Shown here: piece after piece, positions 27,400 to 40,016 of the stretch
Layout of the letters: the number at the start of each line of letters is the position of its first letter
Position numbering within the stretch: position 1 is the first letter of the stretch
Assembly: GCA_951406725.2 (NCBI GenBank)
Contig: OX597824.1
Coordinates: forward strand, 83,948,001 to 84,012,000
Origin: Octopus vulgaris
Taxonomy: Eukaryota
Direction of reading: 5' to 3'
DNA: 64,000 bases
The notes under the pieces: generated by a model
The model's input: the letters and a program-made list of their open reading frames with translations, nothing else
The model's database searches: none
What the model was told of the DNA's origin: nothing
Translations under genes and position numbers: made by a program

Positions 27400-28030
27400 G
27401 TAGTGAAGGTGGGTATTTTGTGGTGGTGGTGAAGCATCATGTAGAGATGAGGTACCTTGTAGTGGATGTGAGGTGTCTTCTGGTAGAGATGAGGTGTCTT
27501 GTAGTGGAATGAGCTATCTTGTGCTGGAGGTGAGGTCTCTTAAAGTGAAGGCAAGGTACTTTGTAGAAGTGAGGTTTCTTGTGGTGAAAGTGAAGTATCT
27601 TATGGGAAAGGTGGATATCTTGCACAAGTGTTGAAGTATCTTATGGGAGAAGTAAGGTCTCTTAAGGTGGAGGCAAAGTATTTTATAATGGAAGCAAAGT
27701 ATCTTGTGATGGTGGTGAGGTATCTTACAGTGAAGGTGATGTGTCTTGTGGTGGAAGTATCTTGTGATGGAGGTGAAGTATCTTATCAAGGAGGTGGATA
27801 TCTTGTGGTGGATGTGAGGTATCATGTGGTGAAGTTAAGACATGGTGGAGGTGAGGCATTTTGTAGAGGAGGTAAGGTATCTTGTGGTGGAATGTGGCAT
27901 CTTGCGATTGAGGTGAAGTATCTTGTGGTGAAGGTGAGGCAGCTTGTGGTGGAAGTGAAGTATCTTGTGGTGGAAGTGAAATCTCTTGTGTTGGAATTAA
28001 GGCATATTGTGGTGGAGATGGCTATATTGT
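27400..28030. repeat. Degenerate ~21-bp minisatellite (GTGGTGGAGGTGAAGTATCTT consensus)
   Basis: About 30 diverged units; accounts for the V/E/K/Y-rich and H/T-rich ORFs called here. Confidence 0.85.
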
Positions 28031-28288
28031 AGTCTTGACCAGTCTGACAGTGATGTAATGAACTCAACTCTTCTGAGAGGATCTGTCAAAGTGGATCACA
28101 TATTTCAATGAATCATTGAAGAAATGATGAGAATGACAATATATAGACTGAGTGCGTGGTTGTTGCTTTTATTTATATATTTATTTAATTATTTGCTTTT
28201 CTTTTAGTCACAGATATTGATTTGAAAGTGAGGGCAGAGCACTTATATCAGCATAATATCTCATTGTCTGCTGACAGTATAGATGTTT

Positions 28289-28327
<39 letters not shown>

Positions 28328-28484
28328 TGTTTGTCTGTTTTGTACACACTTATGCACAGAGATACATGTTGATATGTATGTGTATGCATGTATATGTGTG
28401 TATATATATGTGTGTGTGTGTGTATATATATGTGTATATATGTATGCATATATGTGTGTGTATGTATATATATATATGTATATA

Positions 28485-28520
<36 letters not shown>

Positions 28521-29099
28521 GACATATATATATATATATATATATATACAGACAGAGAGACGGAACTAGACATTATAGGAGTCCAACAGATGTATAATAT
28601 TCCTGTGATATTATTCATAATTCGAAGACTTAAAAGAATTAGTTTTCCTGGAATGGTGGAATCAAGCTGAGTTCTTTGATAAACATTGCAATATTATTGG
28701 AATAATATTTATTGACGTGACTCGAGGTTGGCTAGCAAATCGAAAAATGTTCACGCATGAGGAAATCTTTATCATTGTCATTTCAGCGTATTTCATGAGT
28801 TTCAGACATTAAATGGCGCTTTTAATCAATCTCCATTAAAAACACAAGAACTTACGACAAAATGGAGGGAACATACACATTGTGTTTCGTAATCTTTGTA
28901 AATATTATTTCAACTCTGGAGAAACAAAAGCACTGTGTTTAAATGAATGCTTTTTTGCATAAGTGTGGCCTGAACGATGCTCATAGAGTCAAGCATGGCT
29001 TTGTAGTTAAGAAGCTTGCTTTGCAATCACATGGTCTTGGGTTCAGTCCCACGGCATGGCACTTTGGGTAAATGTCTTCTTTCTATAGCCTTTGGCTGA

Positions 29100-29580
29100 C
29101 TTGACTTGGCAGCATTCACCCGGGGTGGGTTGAGCTGGCTTCATTCATTCTCAATGCTGCATCTCTCACAAACGCCGACCAGGCCTGGCGATTTGAGGCT
29201 AACGACCGCGTGATCTCCAACCACTCCTTATTCCAGCAGTGAACGCCGTAGATATGGGGGCCTAGGTTGTGTCATCAGCCAGGTTTTTCGTTGTCCACCA
29301 CATCACTTTCGCCAACCCTAAAGGGGAGCTGGGGCAATTGCTTCGTAGATGAATTTTTCTGGTTGACAACAGAGGGCATGACCCAGCCAACGCAGACATC
29401 TCATTAGGATGACTTGTCAGAGGGAGGTGATTTTGCACTGGTGTCGCACCGAATTGTTGGAGACAAAGTGATGCCATCGGACACAAAGGATGCGGCGTAG
29501 ACAGAGGTGATCGAAGGATTCTAGTCGCTTAATATCTTTCACCCTCATTGGCCATGACTCGCTGACCAATACCTTCTGAG
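29100..29580 (-). mobile_element. RTE-clade LINE coding remnant
   Basis: SESWPMRVKDIKRLESFDHLCLRRILCVRWHHFVSNNSVR (RTE motif E.W......RL..F...CLRRIL...W...VSN). Confidence 0.8.
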
Positions 29581-30350
29581 TGAATTTAACAAAGAAAATC
29601 TGCATGGAAGCTCCTTTATATACATGACATTTCATCGGTTATGACAATGAGTGTTCAAGCTGATCTGACCAACAGAACAGCCTGCTCATAGAATTAGCAT
29701 GCAAGTGGCTGAGTACTCCACAGACATGCATACTCATAATGTTCTCGGGGAAATTCAATGAGATACAGAATGTGCCAAAGCCGGCCCTTTTGAATTATAT
29801 ATATATCTGTGTCAGTGTTTGTCTCCCCATGCCACCTGACAGCCAGAGCAATGTGAAATAAAGTGTCTTGCTCAAGAACACAACCCACAGCCCGATCCGG
29901 GAATCAAACTCACTACCTCATGTTTGTGAGCCCGACACTCTAACCACTGAGTCATGTCCCTTCCCAGTTCACTCATCTGTAGAAATGAGTTGCAACATCA
30001 CTGGTGCCGAGCTGTATCAGCCTTCGCCTTTCCCTTGGATAACATTGATGGCACGGAGAGGGGGAGGCTGGTATGCATGGGTGGTTGCTCATCTTCCATA
30101 AACAACCTTGCCCGGATTTGTGCCTCGGAGGGGAACTTTCTAGGTGCAATCCCACGGTCATTCATGACTGATGGGAGTCTTTACCCCTGTTGAATATAGT
30201 TAATCAGTTCTACTTCCAATGCTAATTTTTATCAGTCATGATCGGGTGAAAGTAAAATGAAGTGATTTAATGTTCAATACTTTTTGTTTCTACTCAAATT
30301 TATTTCTGCCTTTATTTATTTATTTATTTATTTATTTATTTTTCTTTCAG

Positions 30351-30488
30351 CAATTTGAGAAACTGCTTTTTGGTTTGTGTTTCTTCCATGCCCTTGTTCA
30401 AGAGCGACGAAAGTTTGGTCCGATAGGCTGGAATATCCCTTACGGATTTAATGAATCTGATTTAAGGATTTCAGTGCAGCAACTTCAG
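30351..30488 (+). CDS. DNAH12: Dynein heavy chain exon E (AAA lid)
   Basis: tttctttcAG|CAA ... CAG|GTGATT, 138 nt. [46 protein letters not shown]. Confidence 0.95.
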
Positions 30489-31484
30489 GTGATTTGCTAT
30501 CTCTGTTTTTTTTTTTTTTTTTACCCTTGACTTTATCATCATCCTCAACATCATCATCATCATCATTGTCGTCAGCACCATCATCGTCATCGTCATCAAC
30601 ACCATCATCATTATCATCATCGTAGTCGTCATCAATATCATCACCATTGTCACTTTAATGTCCATTTTTCCATGCTTGCATGGATTGGATAGAGTTTATT
30701 GAGACAGGTTGCATGGAGTTTATTGCAGCCTTATATCCTTCCTGTTACTAACTCCTACTTGTTCCCAAGCAAGGTGATATTTCTCCCTGGCCACACTTGA
30801 TTTTACTGAATATTGGAAATGAATGACATTTATTTACAACTATCATGCAATGTTGAATCAAAACGACACAAGCATACACACACACATGCATACACACACT
30901 CACTCACTCACTCACACACACATGCACATACTTTATATATGTATACATGCATATACTTGTATGTGTAAAAGTGGCAAAATGAAAATAATAAGTTTGTCTT
31001 GGTATTAAAAATGGGCTACAGCAAATATTCTGCTCAATACCACAGATTTGCTTGTCAGTTGCTTGACCTAAACCAGTTGAGCATGTCCCTTAGTGGCTGA
31101 CGATATGTGCATCTCTGATCACAAGCAGTAGTAGTTGGAGAGCATCATAGCCATGTGTTGAGAGGGATTCTTTGGGGTTTGAATAATTCACATTTGGAAA
31201 CATGGGTGTTTTGTTCATCATCCTTAAACAACCCTTATTCAGGGACGTTTTGAGTAGGAGGGGCTACTTGGCCTAAAGAAAATTCTGAGCTCCATGTGCA
31301 AGGTCATACTCTGTTTATTTTGATATGAGATTACCATGCAGCGCACATATGTTGTGATGCATGTGCCTGATGTAGCCTTGTCAGACAGCTAATCATGATG
31401 GGTATAAAGGGCTTCATATATTTGTATCCCAGGGTCACTTTGATGGCATGCACTGCTCTCTCACTCAATAATGATAATAATAAT

Positions 31485-32025
31485 AACAAGAGAACTCACG
31501 GAGCACAAACCTCTGCCAAGGCAACACCAATGTCCTTTCAATGATTAGTCAGAGATTATTTTTAAAATGAGAATATCGGCCACATTCGGATGGTGCTTTT
31601 TACGTGCCACCGGCACAGAAGCCAGTCAAGGCGGTGCTGGCATCGGCCACATTCAGAAAAAGACAGTGTAATACATGATGATAATAGAGTGGATACGAAG
31701 GAAATGGAGTAATATCAGGAGCTAAACCAGAGAAATGAACAGATTGTGGAAATGCAAATATCTGAATTAAACTTGACTGCTCTCACAAATGAAAATACTA
31801 AAAATGATCCCGACCACTCAAAAATTAAGATAAAAAACAGGAAAAATAATCCAGAATTTTTGTCTGATTCTTGATCGATCCCAAAATCTAATCAGTTTGT
31901 GCCAATCACATGGCTAAACATCCCTGAAAGTTTCATCCAAATCCATCCAGCAGTTCTTGAGATATCTTGTCTACAAATAAATATGACTGAAAAACAATAC
32001 CTCCGCCTTCGCTAAGGCGGAGTAA
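31485..32025 (-). mobile_element. Helentron-associated non-autonomous element (HINE/DINE-1-like), copy 1
   Basis: Minus strand starts TTACTCCGCCTTAGCGAAGGCGGAGG (palindromic 5' subTIR) and ends TTGGCAGAGG-hairpin-CTCTTGTT, in a TT context. Confidence 0.7.
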
Positions 32026-32312
32026 TAATCTCTGGAAATAAGGAGAAGCATTACCATGTATTAAAGGGCGCATATAAATAATCCTTTCTACTATTGACAC
32101 ATGGCCTAAAATTTGGAGGAAGGGGAATAGTCAATTACATCAACCCCAGTATTTCACTGGTACTTAATTTATTAACCCCAAAAGGATGAAAGGCAAAGTC
32201 AACCTCAACAGAATTTGAACTCAGAACATCCAGGCAGACAAAATGCCAATAAGCATTTTGCCTGGTGTACTAACGATTCTGCCAGCTTGCCACCTTAATA
32301 ATAATAATGATG

Positions 32313-32362
<50 letters not shown>

Positions 32363-32363
32363 T

Positions 32364-32415
<52 letters not shown>

Positions 32416-32420
<5 letters not shown>

Positions 32421-32876
32421 GAGCACTCATGGAGCACAAACCTCTGCCAAGGCAACACCAATGTCCTTTCAATGATTAGTCAGAGATGATTTTTAAAATG
32501 AAAATATCTGAAATAAACTCGACTGCTCTCACAAACGAGAATACTAAAAATGAACCTGACCGCTCTCAGAAATTAAGTAAAAGAAACAGGAAAAATAATC
32601 GAGAATCCTTGCCCAGTTCTGGATCAGTCCCAAAATCTAATCAGTTCATGCCAATAACAGGGCCAAACATCCCTAAAAGTTTCATCCATGTTATTTACAT
32701 TATTTACATTTGACAGATATTTGTCCTCATCTTGTTTGTTGTTAACACATTTTGGCTGATATACCCTCCAGCCTTCATCAGGTGTCTTGGGGAAATTTCG
32801 AACCTGGGTTCTCATTCCTAAGGTATTTTTCGATGTTGTTATTATTGTTATTATTGTTGTTGTTGTTGTTATTATA

Positions 32877-32950
<74 letters not shown>

Positions 32951-33142
32951 CCAGGTCACTGCCTGGAATCAAACTCAGAATCTTGTGGTTAGTAGCCCGT
33001 GCTCTTAACCACAATTATCCATCAATTGTAAATAATGTACATAAGTCCTCATCTCTTAAATATAGAGCTGTATTATCTCATCTACAGACAAACAAACACT
33101 ACTGAAACAATACCCCTACTTTTGCTAAGACCGAGTTAGTAA
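32416..33142 (-). mobile_element. HINE copy 2, interrupted by a Penelope-type fragment, (ATT)n and a SINE head (about 32688-33070)
   Basis: First ~85 bp nearly identical to 31485-31570; homology with copy 1 resumes near 33075. Confidence 0.7.
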
Positions 33143-33144
33143 TG

Positions 33145-33568
33145 ATAAGGTACAAGCCACGAAAAGATCAAGTTACATAAATGTGAGCAATGAAGAAAGT
33201 AATTTTTATCTCAGTAGTTAGTTGTGGGGCACTCTGAACATTAATAATCAGATTTGAAAAATTCCTTGGAGAAATTGGGATTGACATGAGGGTAGAACAT
33301 ACTCAGGGAACTGCTTTATTTGGGACAGCAAGGATTTTGAGAATGGTAGTTGGATGTTATGTATCGTGGAAAGAGATCCTATGAGAATCTTGACAACAAG
33401 TTGTTTCCTGCGCTTACAGAGTTAACTGGGGCAGGTGATCTCTGAGAAGTGAACCGGAGCATTTAACCAAATTAACCGGGGCAGGTGATCTCTGAGAAGT
33501 GAACCGGGGTAATTAACCGAATTAACCGGGACAAGAGCTCTGAGAAGTGAAATGGAAATAATAATAAC
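33145..33568 (+). mobile_element. Decayed R4/Dong-clade non-LTR 3' fragment with ~50-bp tandem repeats in its 3'UTR
   Basis: Frameshifted ...GA L...EKFLGEIGIDMRVEHTQGTALFGTARILRMV, homologous to the 43717 ORF; units TTAACYGGGGCAGGTGATCTCTGAGAAGTGAA x2.5; ends in (AAT)n. Confidence 0.65.
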
Positions 33569-35299
33569 TTTGAGATCAACAACTTCAAGGGGAAGGTGTT
33601 AGTTGATTAAATCAACCCTAGTATTTGATTGGTATTTTATTTTATTGAACTTGGAAGGATATAAGACATAGTTGATCACAACAGGTTTTGAAATCAGAAT
33701 GAGAAGAGTTATACCTGAATACCACAAGGTATTTTGTATGATGCTCTGATGATTCTGCTAGTCTACAGATTTCTTTTATTGGTTCCATGCCAGAGGCACG
33801 TAAAAGGCACCATTCGAGCATGATCATTACCAGCATCGCCTTACTGGCACCTGTGCCGGTGGCATGTGTAAAAAGATTCGGGCGAGGTCGTTGCCAGTAC
33901 CGCCAGACTGGCCCCCATGCCGGTAGCACATAAAAAGCACCCACTATACTCTCGGAATGGTTGGCATTAGGAAGGGCATCCAGCTGTAGAAACTCTGCCA
34001 GATCAAGATTGGAGCCTGGTGCAGCCATCTAGTTCGCCAGCCCTCAGTCAAAATCGTCCAACACATGCTAGCATGGAAAGCAGATGTTAAACGTTGATGA
34101 TGATGATGATGTTGCCAATATCCAAGATGCTGGAAGCAGTACATGGACAAAATACAAATCAGTTGGGGTACACTTTGAGTAAAATAAATGCCAAATTAGT
34201 AAAATGGTCTTAGATGCACTAAGAAAAGCTGGGAGGGTCACAGCTGGAACAGCTTTTATAATTTGCCTGCTCAGTCAGAAATGGCCTGTGGTTAAACGAC
34301 ATCCACAAGAAAATCTCATTATAGCTATTTGCATGCTGTCATTATCCATTGTCTGTTCTCTATGTTAACATGAATAAAATGAAGATAATGCTTGTGGAAC
34401 AAGGAACGGTAGTTTATGGTTAATTTCTTGCTTGAGATGACATTCTTCACCTCACAATTATTAATCATAAAGAAATAAAAACCGCATAAAAGACAAGCAA
34501 ATATGTGAAAACACAAAATATAGCAATAAATTACATAGGTCAAAATATTCATAGAGAAAGCAATATCATGAATATATCCATCAATATAGCCGTGTGAGAC
34601 ATTCTGATTCACCTCCTCATGAGGAGAAGCATTACCATGTATTAAAGGACGCATATAAAATGGCTTATTTGGAAGAATGTGTCAGGATGTATCTGTATAA
34701 ATTATTTCTAGTTAGCCTTTTAATGTTCCCTGCAATAAATATATTAACACTAACTTATTTTTGTTCTTTTTTTTTTTCATCTTTTTTTTTCATCCATGCG
34801 ATTATTATCTCCGAGATAATATTTATTCTTTGAGCAGTTTTATTTATCTACACCAACCAATTTACAGTCTTGTACATTTATTTTGACATATCTGGCAGTG
34901 TCTCTATACTTTGCTGACAAGGTCTTAATATGGTTTAAACATGTCCTTAGTTGTCTCCCATACTTGCTGGAAAATCAAACTAATATTCGCCATTGACTAA
35001 TGTTGGTTTTTCTTTACTACAAAATTATTTCTGATCAGATCTTTACTTGCAGTAAATATGTTACCACTAACTCTCCCATTTATCTATCTATCTTTCTGTC
35101 TGTCTCACTATATATATATTTGTAATTAAATAGATTAACACTAATTTACATATCTATCTGTATGTGTACCTGTCTGTTTCACCATATACTTATTTCTACT
35201 TTATTTTTAATGCTCCCTTTATTGAATATTTTAAAACTTTGTCTTCTTATCTATATCTATCCCTCCTTTCTTTCTTTGTGATGTTCCATATCATGTTAA

Positions 35300-35405
<106 letters not shown>

Positions 35406-35689
35406 ATATGTTAAATAAAATGAGACAAGAAAGCCAAGGCTGTGTGGAATTTTCAGGATATTTATAAAGTGAAAGTTAGCCTTACAGCTGTTTCTAGGAT
35501 ATTAGGGATATGCCTTCATCTGAGATGATGTGAGATGGTTAAATAGAGGGAAACATTCGCTTTGTTGTCTCGTTTTATTTAACACACACGCATTGACGCA
35601 TATATATATATATTATATTGTATTATATTTTTCATATATATATATATTAAACACCAGGAATGTACAAAAAAATAGACTCTCCCAAATGT

Positions 35690-36657
35690 CAGAGAAGTAG
35701 TAGGCAGTTTCCATTACTCAGGTGACCAAGTTAGTGGTTAGGGAGAGCTTGGATATGAACTGCAATGCTACATGGTAGCAAAATGGCCCTGAATGCAGAG
35801 GATATGTGAAGCTATAGATAAATGGAGCTAGCATGCTTCTCTGGATGTGCAGCCAGCGTCAGTATGTGTACAACAAAGTACAAATGTTTTGAGAAAAAAA
35901 CTGGGCATAACAAACATCAGCTGTAGCATGCGAGAGAGAAAATTACCGCAGAATGATCGTGTGATGGGTATGGATGAGGACTGCTGCATAAAGAAGTGTT
36001 GATTACTAAACTTGAATGGAACCTGTGGAAGAGGGAGACCTAGGATGATGTATGATGAAGTCGGCAAAGAACTGAGGTGATTGGCAATTTGCTGTGCTCA
36101 AGAAGAACCATCCATCTAAGCAAGAATGAGGCCCTAAAAATATATTGGTTATATCTGTGTACTGCACCTAATTTGTCCCTAATGTAGGACCATCCGAACG
36201 TGGCCGTTGCCAGTGCCGCACATACAAAGCACCATCCGAACGTGACCAATGCCAACCCCACCTTGAATGGCTTCTGTGCCGGTGGCACATAAAAAGCACC
36301 ATCCGAACGTGACCAATGCCAACCCCGCCTTGAATGGCTTCTGTGCCGGTGGCACATAAAAAGCACCATCTGAACGTGGCCGATGCCAGCCCCGCCACGA
36401 CTGGCTTCTGTGCCGGTGGCACGTAAAAAACACCATTTCGATCATCGCCGATGCCAGACCCCTCTGGCACCTGTGCAGGTGGCACGTAAAAAGTACCCAC
36501 TACACTCGCGGAGTGGTTGGCGTTAGGAAGGGCATCCAGCTGTAGAAACACTGCCAGATCAGACTGGTGCCTGGAGCAGCTCCTGGCTCCCCAGACCCCA
36601 GTCGAACCGTCCAACCCGTGCTAGCGCGGAAAACGGACGTTAAACGATGATGATGAT
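35690..36657 (+). mobile_element. RTE LINE 3' remnant continuing into the family C tail (63-67-bp tandem units, (GAT)n end)
   Basis: Coding remnant (..GTCGRGRPR..) runs into GGTGGCAC(A/G)TAAAAAGCACC units, GGTTGGCGTTAGGAAGGGCATCCAGC and (GAT)n. Tail copies at about 8210-8412, 11235-11495, 12900-13260, 14600-14856, 24170-24594, 33780-34112, 38150-38603, 41300-41594, 57410-57728, 61130-61548. Confidence 0.75.
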
Positions 36658-37265
36658 GTATCCCACCACCACTACTCATCTTCGTAGCACCCACTCATCT
36701 CATCTGTCACTCAGGTACTACTCACTCAGCTATTCCTTATACTTATTTCATTTATAAGGCTTTGTTCAGCCCAAGGCCATAGTAGAAGACACTTGCACAA
36801 AGTGCCATACAGTGGGGATGAACCTGAAACCACTTGGTTTGGAAGAGAACTTCTTAACCACACATCCAATACATATATATATATTTTTCATCATTTTATC
36901 TTTTTGGTCTTTTGGCAGTGGCCATGCTTGGGCATCGCCTTCAGGAATTTTAGTCACATAAATTGACTCTCCCATCCAGTACTTATTTCTAAGCCTGGTA
37001 CTCATTCTCAGTTTCTTTTGCTGAACTGCTAAGTTGCAGGGATGTAAACACACCAACACCAGTTGTCAAGCAGTGGTGGCAGACAATCGCGCACACACAC
37101 ACATATATATATATAAGATGGGCTTCTTTCAGTTTCCATCAACCAAATCCACTCAGAAGGCTTTGGTCAGCCCAAGGCTACAGTCGAAGAAATTTGCCTA
37201 AAGTGCCTCACAGCAGGACTGAACTGGAACCAGGTGGTTGGGAAACAAGCTTCCTACCACACAGC

Positions 37266-37360
<95 letters not shown>

Positions 37361-37401
37361 ATATAAAAGATTATTAACCTCATATGTATGTGTATGTATA
37401 T

Positions 37402-37485
<84 letters not shown>

Positions 37486-39809
37486 GTGTGTGTATATATA
37501 TGTGTGTGTGTATATATACATATACAGATGAGGTTAATAGTCTGTAAAATTATAATCATAACAACAACTCATCTCGGACATTTAGACATTTAATCAATTT
37601 TTTTGATATTGGCTATGTTCCCTCCTCATATAACTAATGATGTAATTATGTGCGTGTTTGTATATACGGGTTTGCATGTGTGATTGCAGCTGTGTGTGCA
37701 TGCACACTAGAAAATAAGTGGTTATGCTAATTCATAAAGATTGTTATTCATGTCTTTTTTAGGGTTTTTTCCTTTTTTTCTTTTCTTTTCTTTTTTTTTT
37801 TTGCTTTGGAATAAGACTTTTTCCAGGATATTCTCAGAATTATGCTGGTTTGGTACCATCTTTCTGTTATATCTATTTTCAAATGTCTGAAAATTTGCCA
37901 GTGAAGATACCCAGCTACCTGTCTATAGATTATGTGAACAGATTCTATTTTTAATATTTTTTTCTTTAATACTCACAGTGGATATCTTTGGTTCTGTGGT
38001 CAATTGTACCATCATGGATGTGCAGGCGTTGCTGTCTTATTCATTCCTTTTCGGGAACAGCTGTATAGGAATGACTACAAGATTATCCAGCAATGTTAAC
38101 TGTGATAGACTATGTCTTATTCTAGAGGGGAGCTATCTCTCATCACAGTGTCATCATCATCATCATCATCATCATCATTTAACGTCCACTTTCCATGCTA
38201 GCATGGATGGACGATTTGACTGAGGACTGGCGAACCAGATGGCTGCACCAGGCTCCAATCTGATCTGGCAGAGTTTCTACAGCTAGATGCCCTTCCTAAT
38301 GCCAACCACTCCGAGAGTGTAGTGGGTGCTTTTACGTGCCACCAGCACGATGGCCTATCCGGCGGTACTGGCAATGGCCATGCTCGAAATGGTGTTTTTT
38401 ACGTGCCACCTGCACAGGAGTCAGTCCAACGGCACTGGCAACGACCTCGCTTGAATGTTTTGTTCATGTGCCTGAAAGGTGACGCTGGTAATGATCATGC
38501 TCAAATGGTGCTTTTTACCTGCCACTGGCACGGAAGCCAGACAGCTGCTCTGGCAGTGATCCCACTCGGATGGAGCTGATAGCGCTCCACTGGCACGGGT
38601 GCCAAAAAAAAAAAAAAAGAAACATTGTATTCTACTTAATTCTGTTCACCTACAAAACACTAGATCATCTGAGAATGTTAACTGTGCGAGAAATTGTATC
38701 TTATCATGGAAAATGTTTATCTCTCATCCATTTCAGACCATAAAACTGGAGCCAAACTGGGGCCCTTAAATTGTTTCATATTTCAGATCCTATCATATCC
38801 TGTTATTTAATCCTTAAAAGTTGGGTTCACGTTATAAAAACAAATGGTTTAGCTATTACTTGAGGTTGGTTTAATTGTTAAAAATGACAGAATTATAAGC
38901 AAAGAGGAACAATTGAAGTAAAACAATGAAATTGTGAGAGCTTCTATACAGTTACCCAGCCTGCTAGAAATAGTAGCTAAATCTCTCTCAACTTGTATCA
39001 TATTTTCTTAAATAAAGGAGTCATTAGTACTTCCTGATATAAAAAACAAAGTAGGATAGTCACAGCTGGAATGTCTTTGGTAAAAGGTCTGCTGGATCAA
39101 GGCTGACCTCGAGTTAAACAACCAGGAAGGATACACTGACTAATATAATCCTAGATGTAGTATATCTGAATAAAAGACGGGATGGTCATGGCTGGAGCAT
39201 CTCTGGTATGTCTACTGGATCAGGGCTGCCTAAGGTTAAACTATAACAACTCTCACCCTTATGATGCCTGGTAATTAAATTTTTGACACCTGAAGGATAA
39301 AACAGTAACATCAGGGCCAGTGGGTTTGTGGGGCCAGTGGGTTTGTGGGCCCAGAAGGATGGATGGCAACATAAAGTTTGGGGAGACTTCCTTACTATGG
39401 TGTGTGGATCTATATTTCAAGTATCATCATTTTCATCACCATCACCACTTAACGTCCACTTTTCCATGCTTTCAAGGGTCAGATGAAATTTGTTGAGGCA
39501 GAGTTACTATGGCTAGATTCCCTTCTTGTCATCAACACTCACCTGTTTCAAAGTAAGGTCGTGTCTTCCCATAGTTAGACATGTTTCTTTTTACAGAAGA
39601 CTGGAAATGAACAATCTCGCTTGTATGTTGATGATGTTGAAGATGCTTAATATACATCCATTATGTGATGTCTAGACAAGAGTACATACAAATACACATA
39701 TACATATGCATATATATAAATATGTATGTATATATATATTGCCACTTCAGTTTTCTAACTAGCTACTTTGCATTTGTGTGTGTGTGTGTATATACATATA
39801 CATATATAC

Positions 39810-39859
<50 letters not shown>

Positions 39860-40016
39860 AATAAGAAAGTGGAGAGGATACAAAATTGAGACAGACATCA
39901 GCTGGTAAACATTCTAATATGTCTAATTATCCCAATGAATTAGATGAATACATACGCATGTATTAGTAGTACAGAAATGAGCAAATGAGCAGATTATTTC
40001 TTTCTAAATAATATAT

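Noticed and set aside
34325-34654. 109-aa minus-strand ORF with a hydrophobic stretch
   Set aside because: No recognisable motif or splice context; hydrophobicity follows from T-rich composition.
36180-36500. CRISPR-like repeat/spacer look of GGTGGCAC(A/G)TAAAAAGCACC units
   Set aside because: The 'spacers' are homologous to each other, the unit belongs to a dispersed retroelement tail, the DNA is eukaryotic and there are no cas genes.
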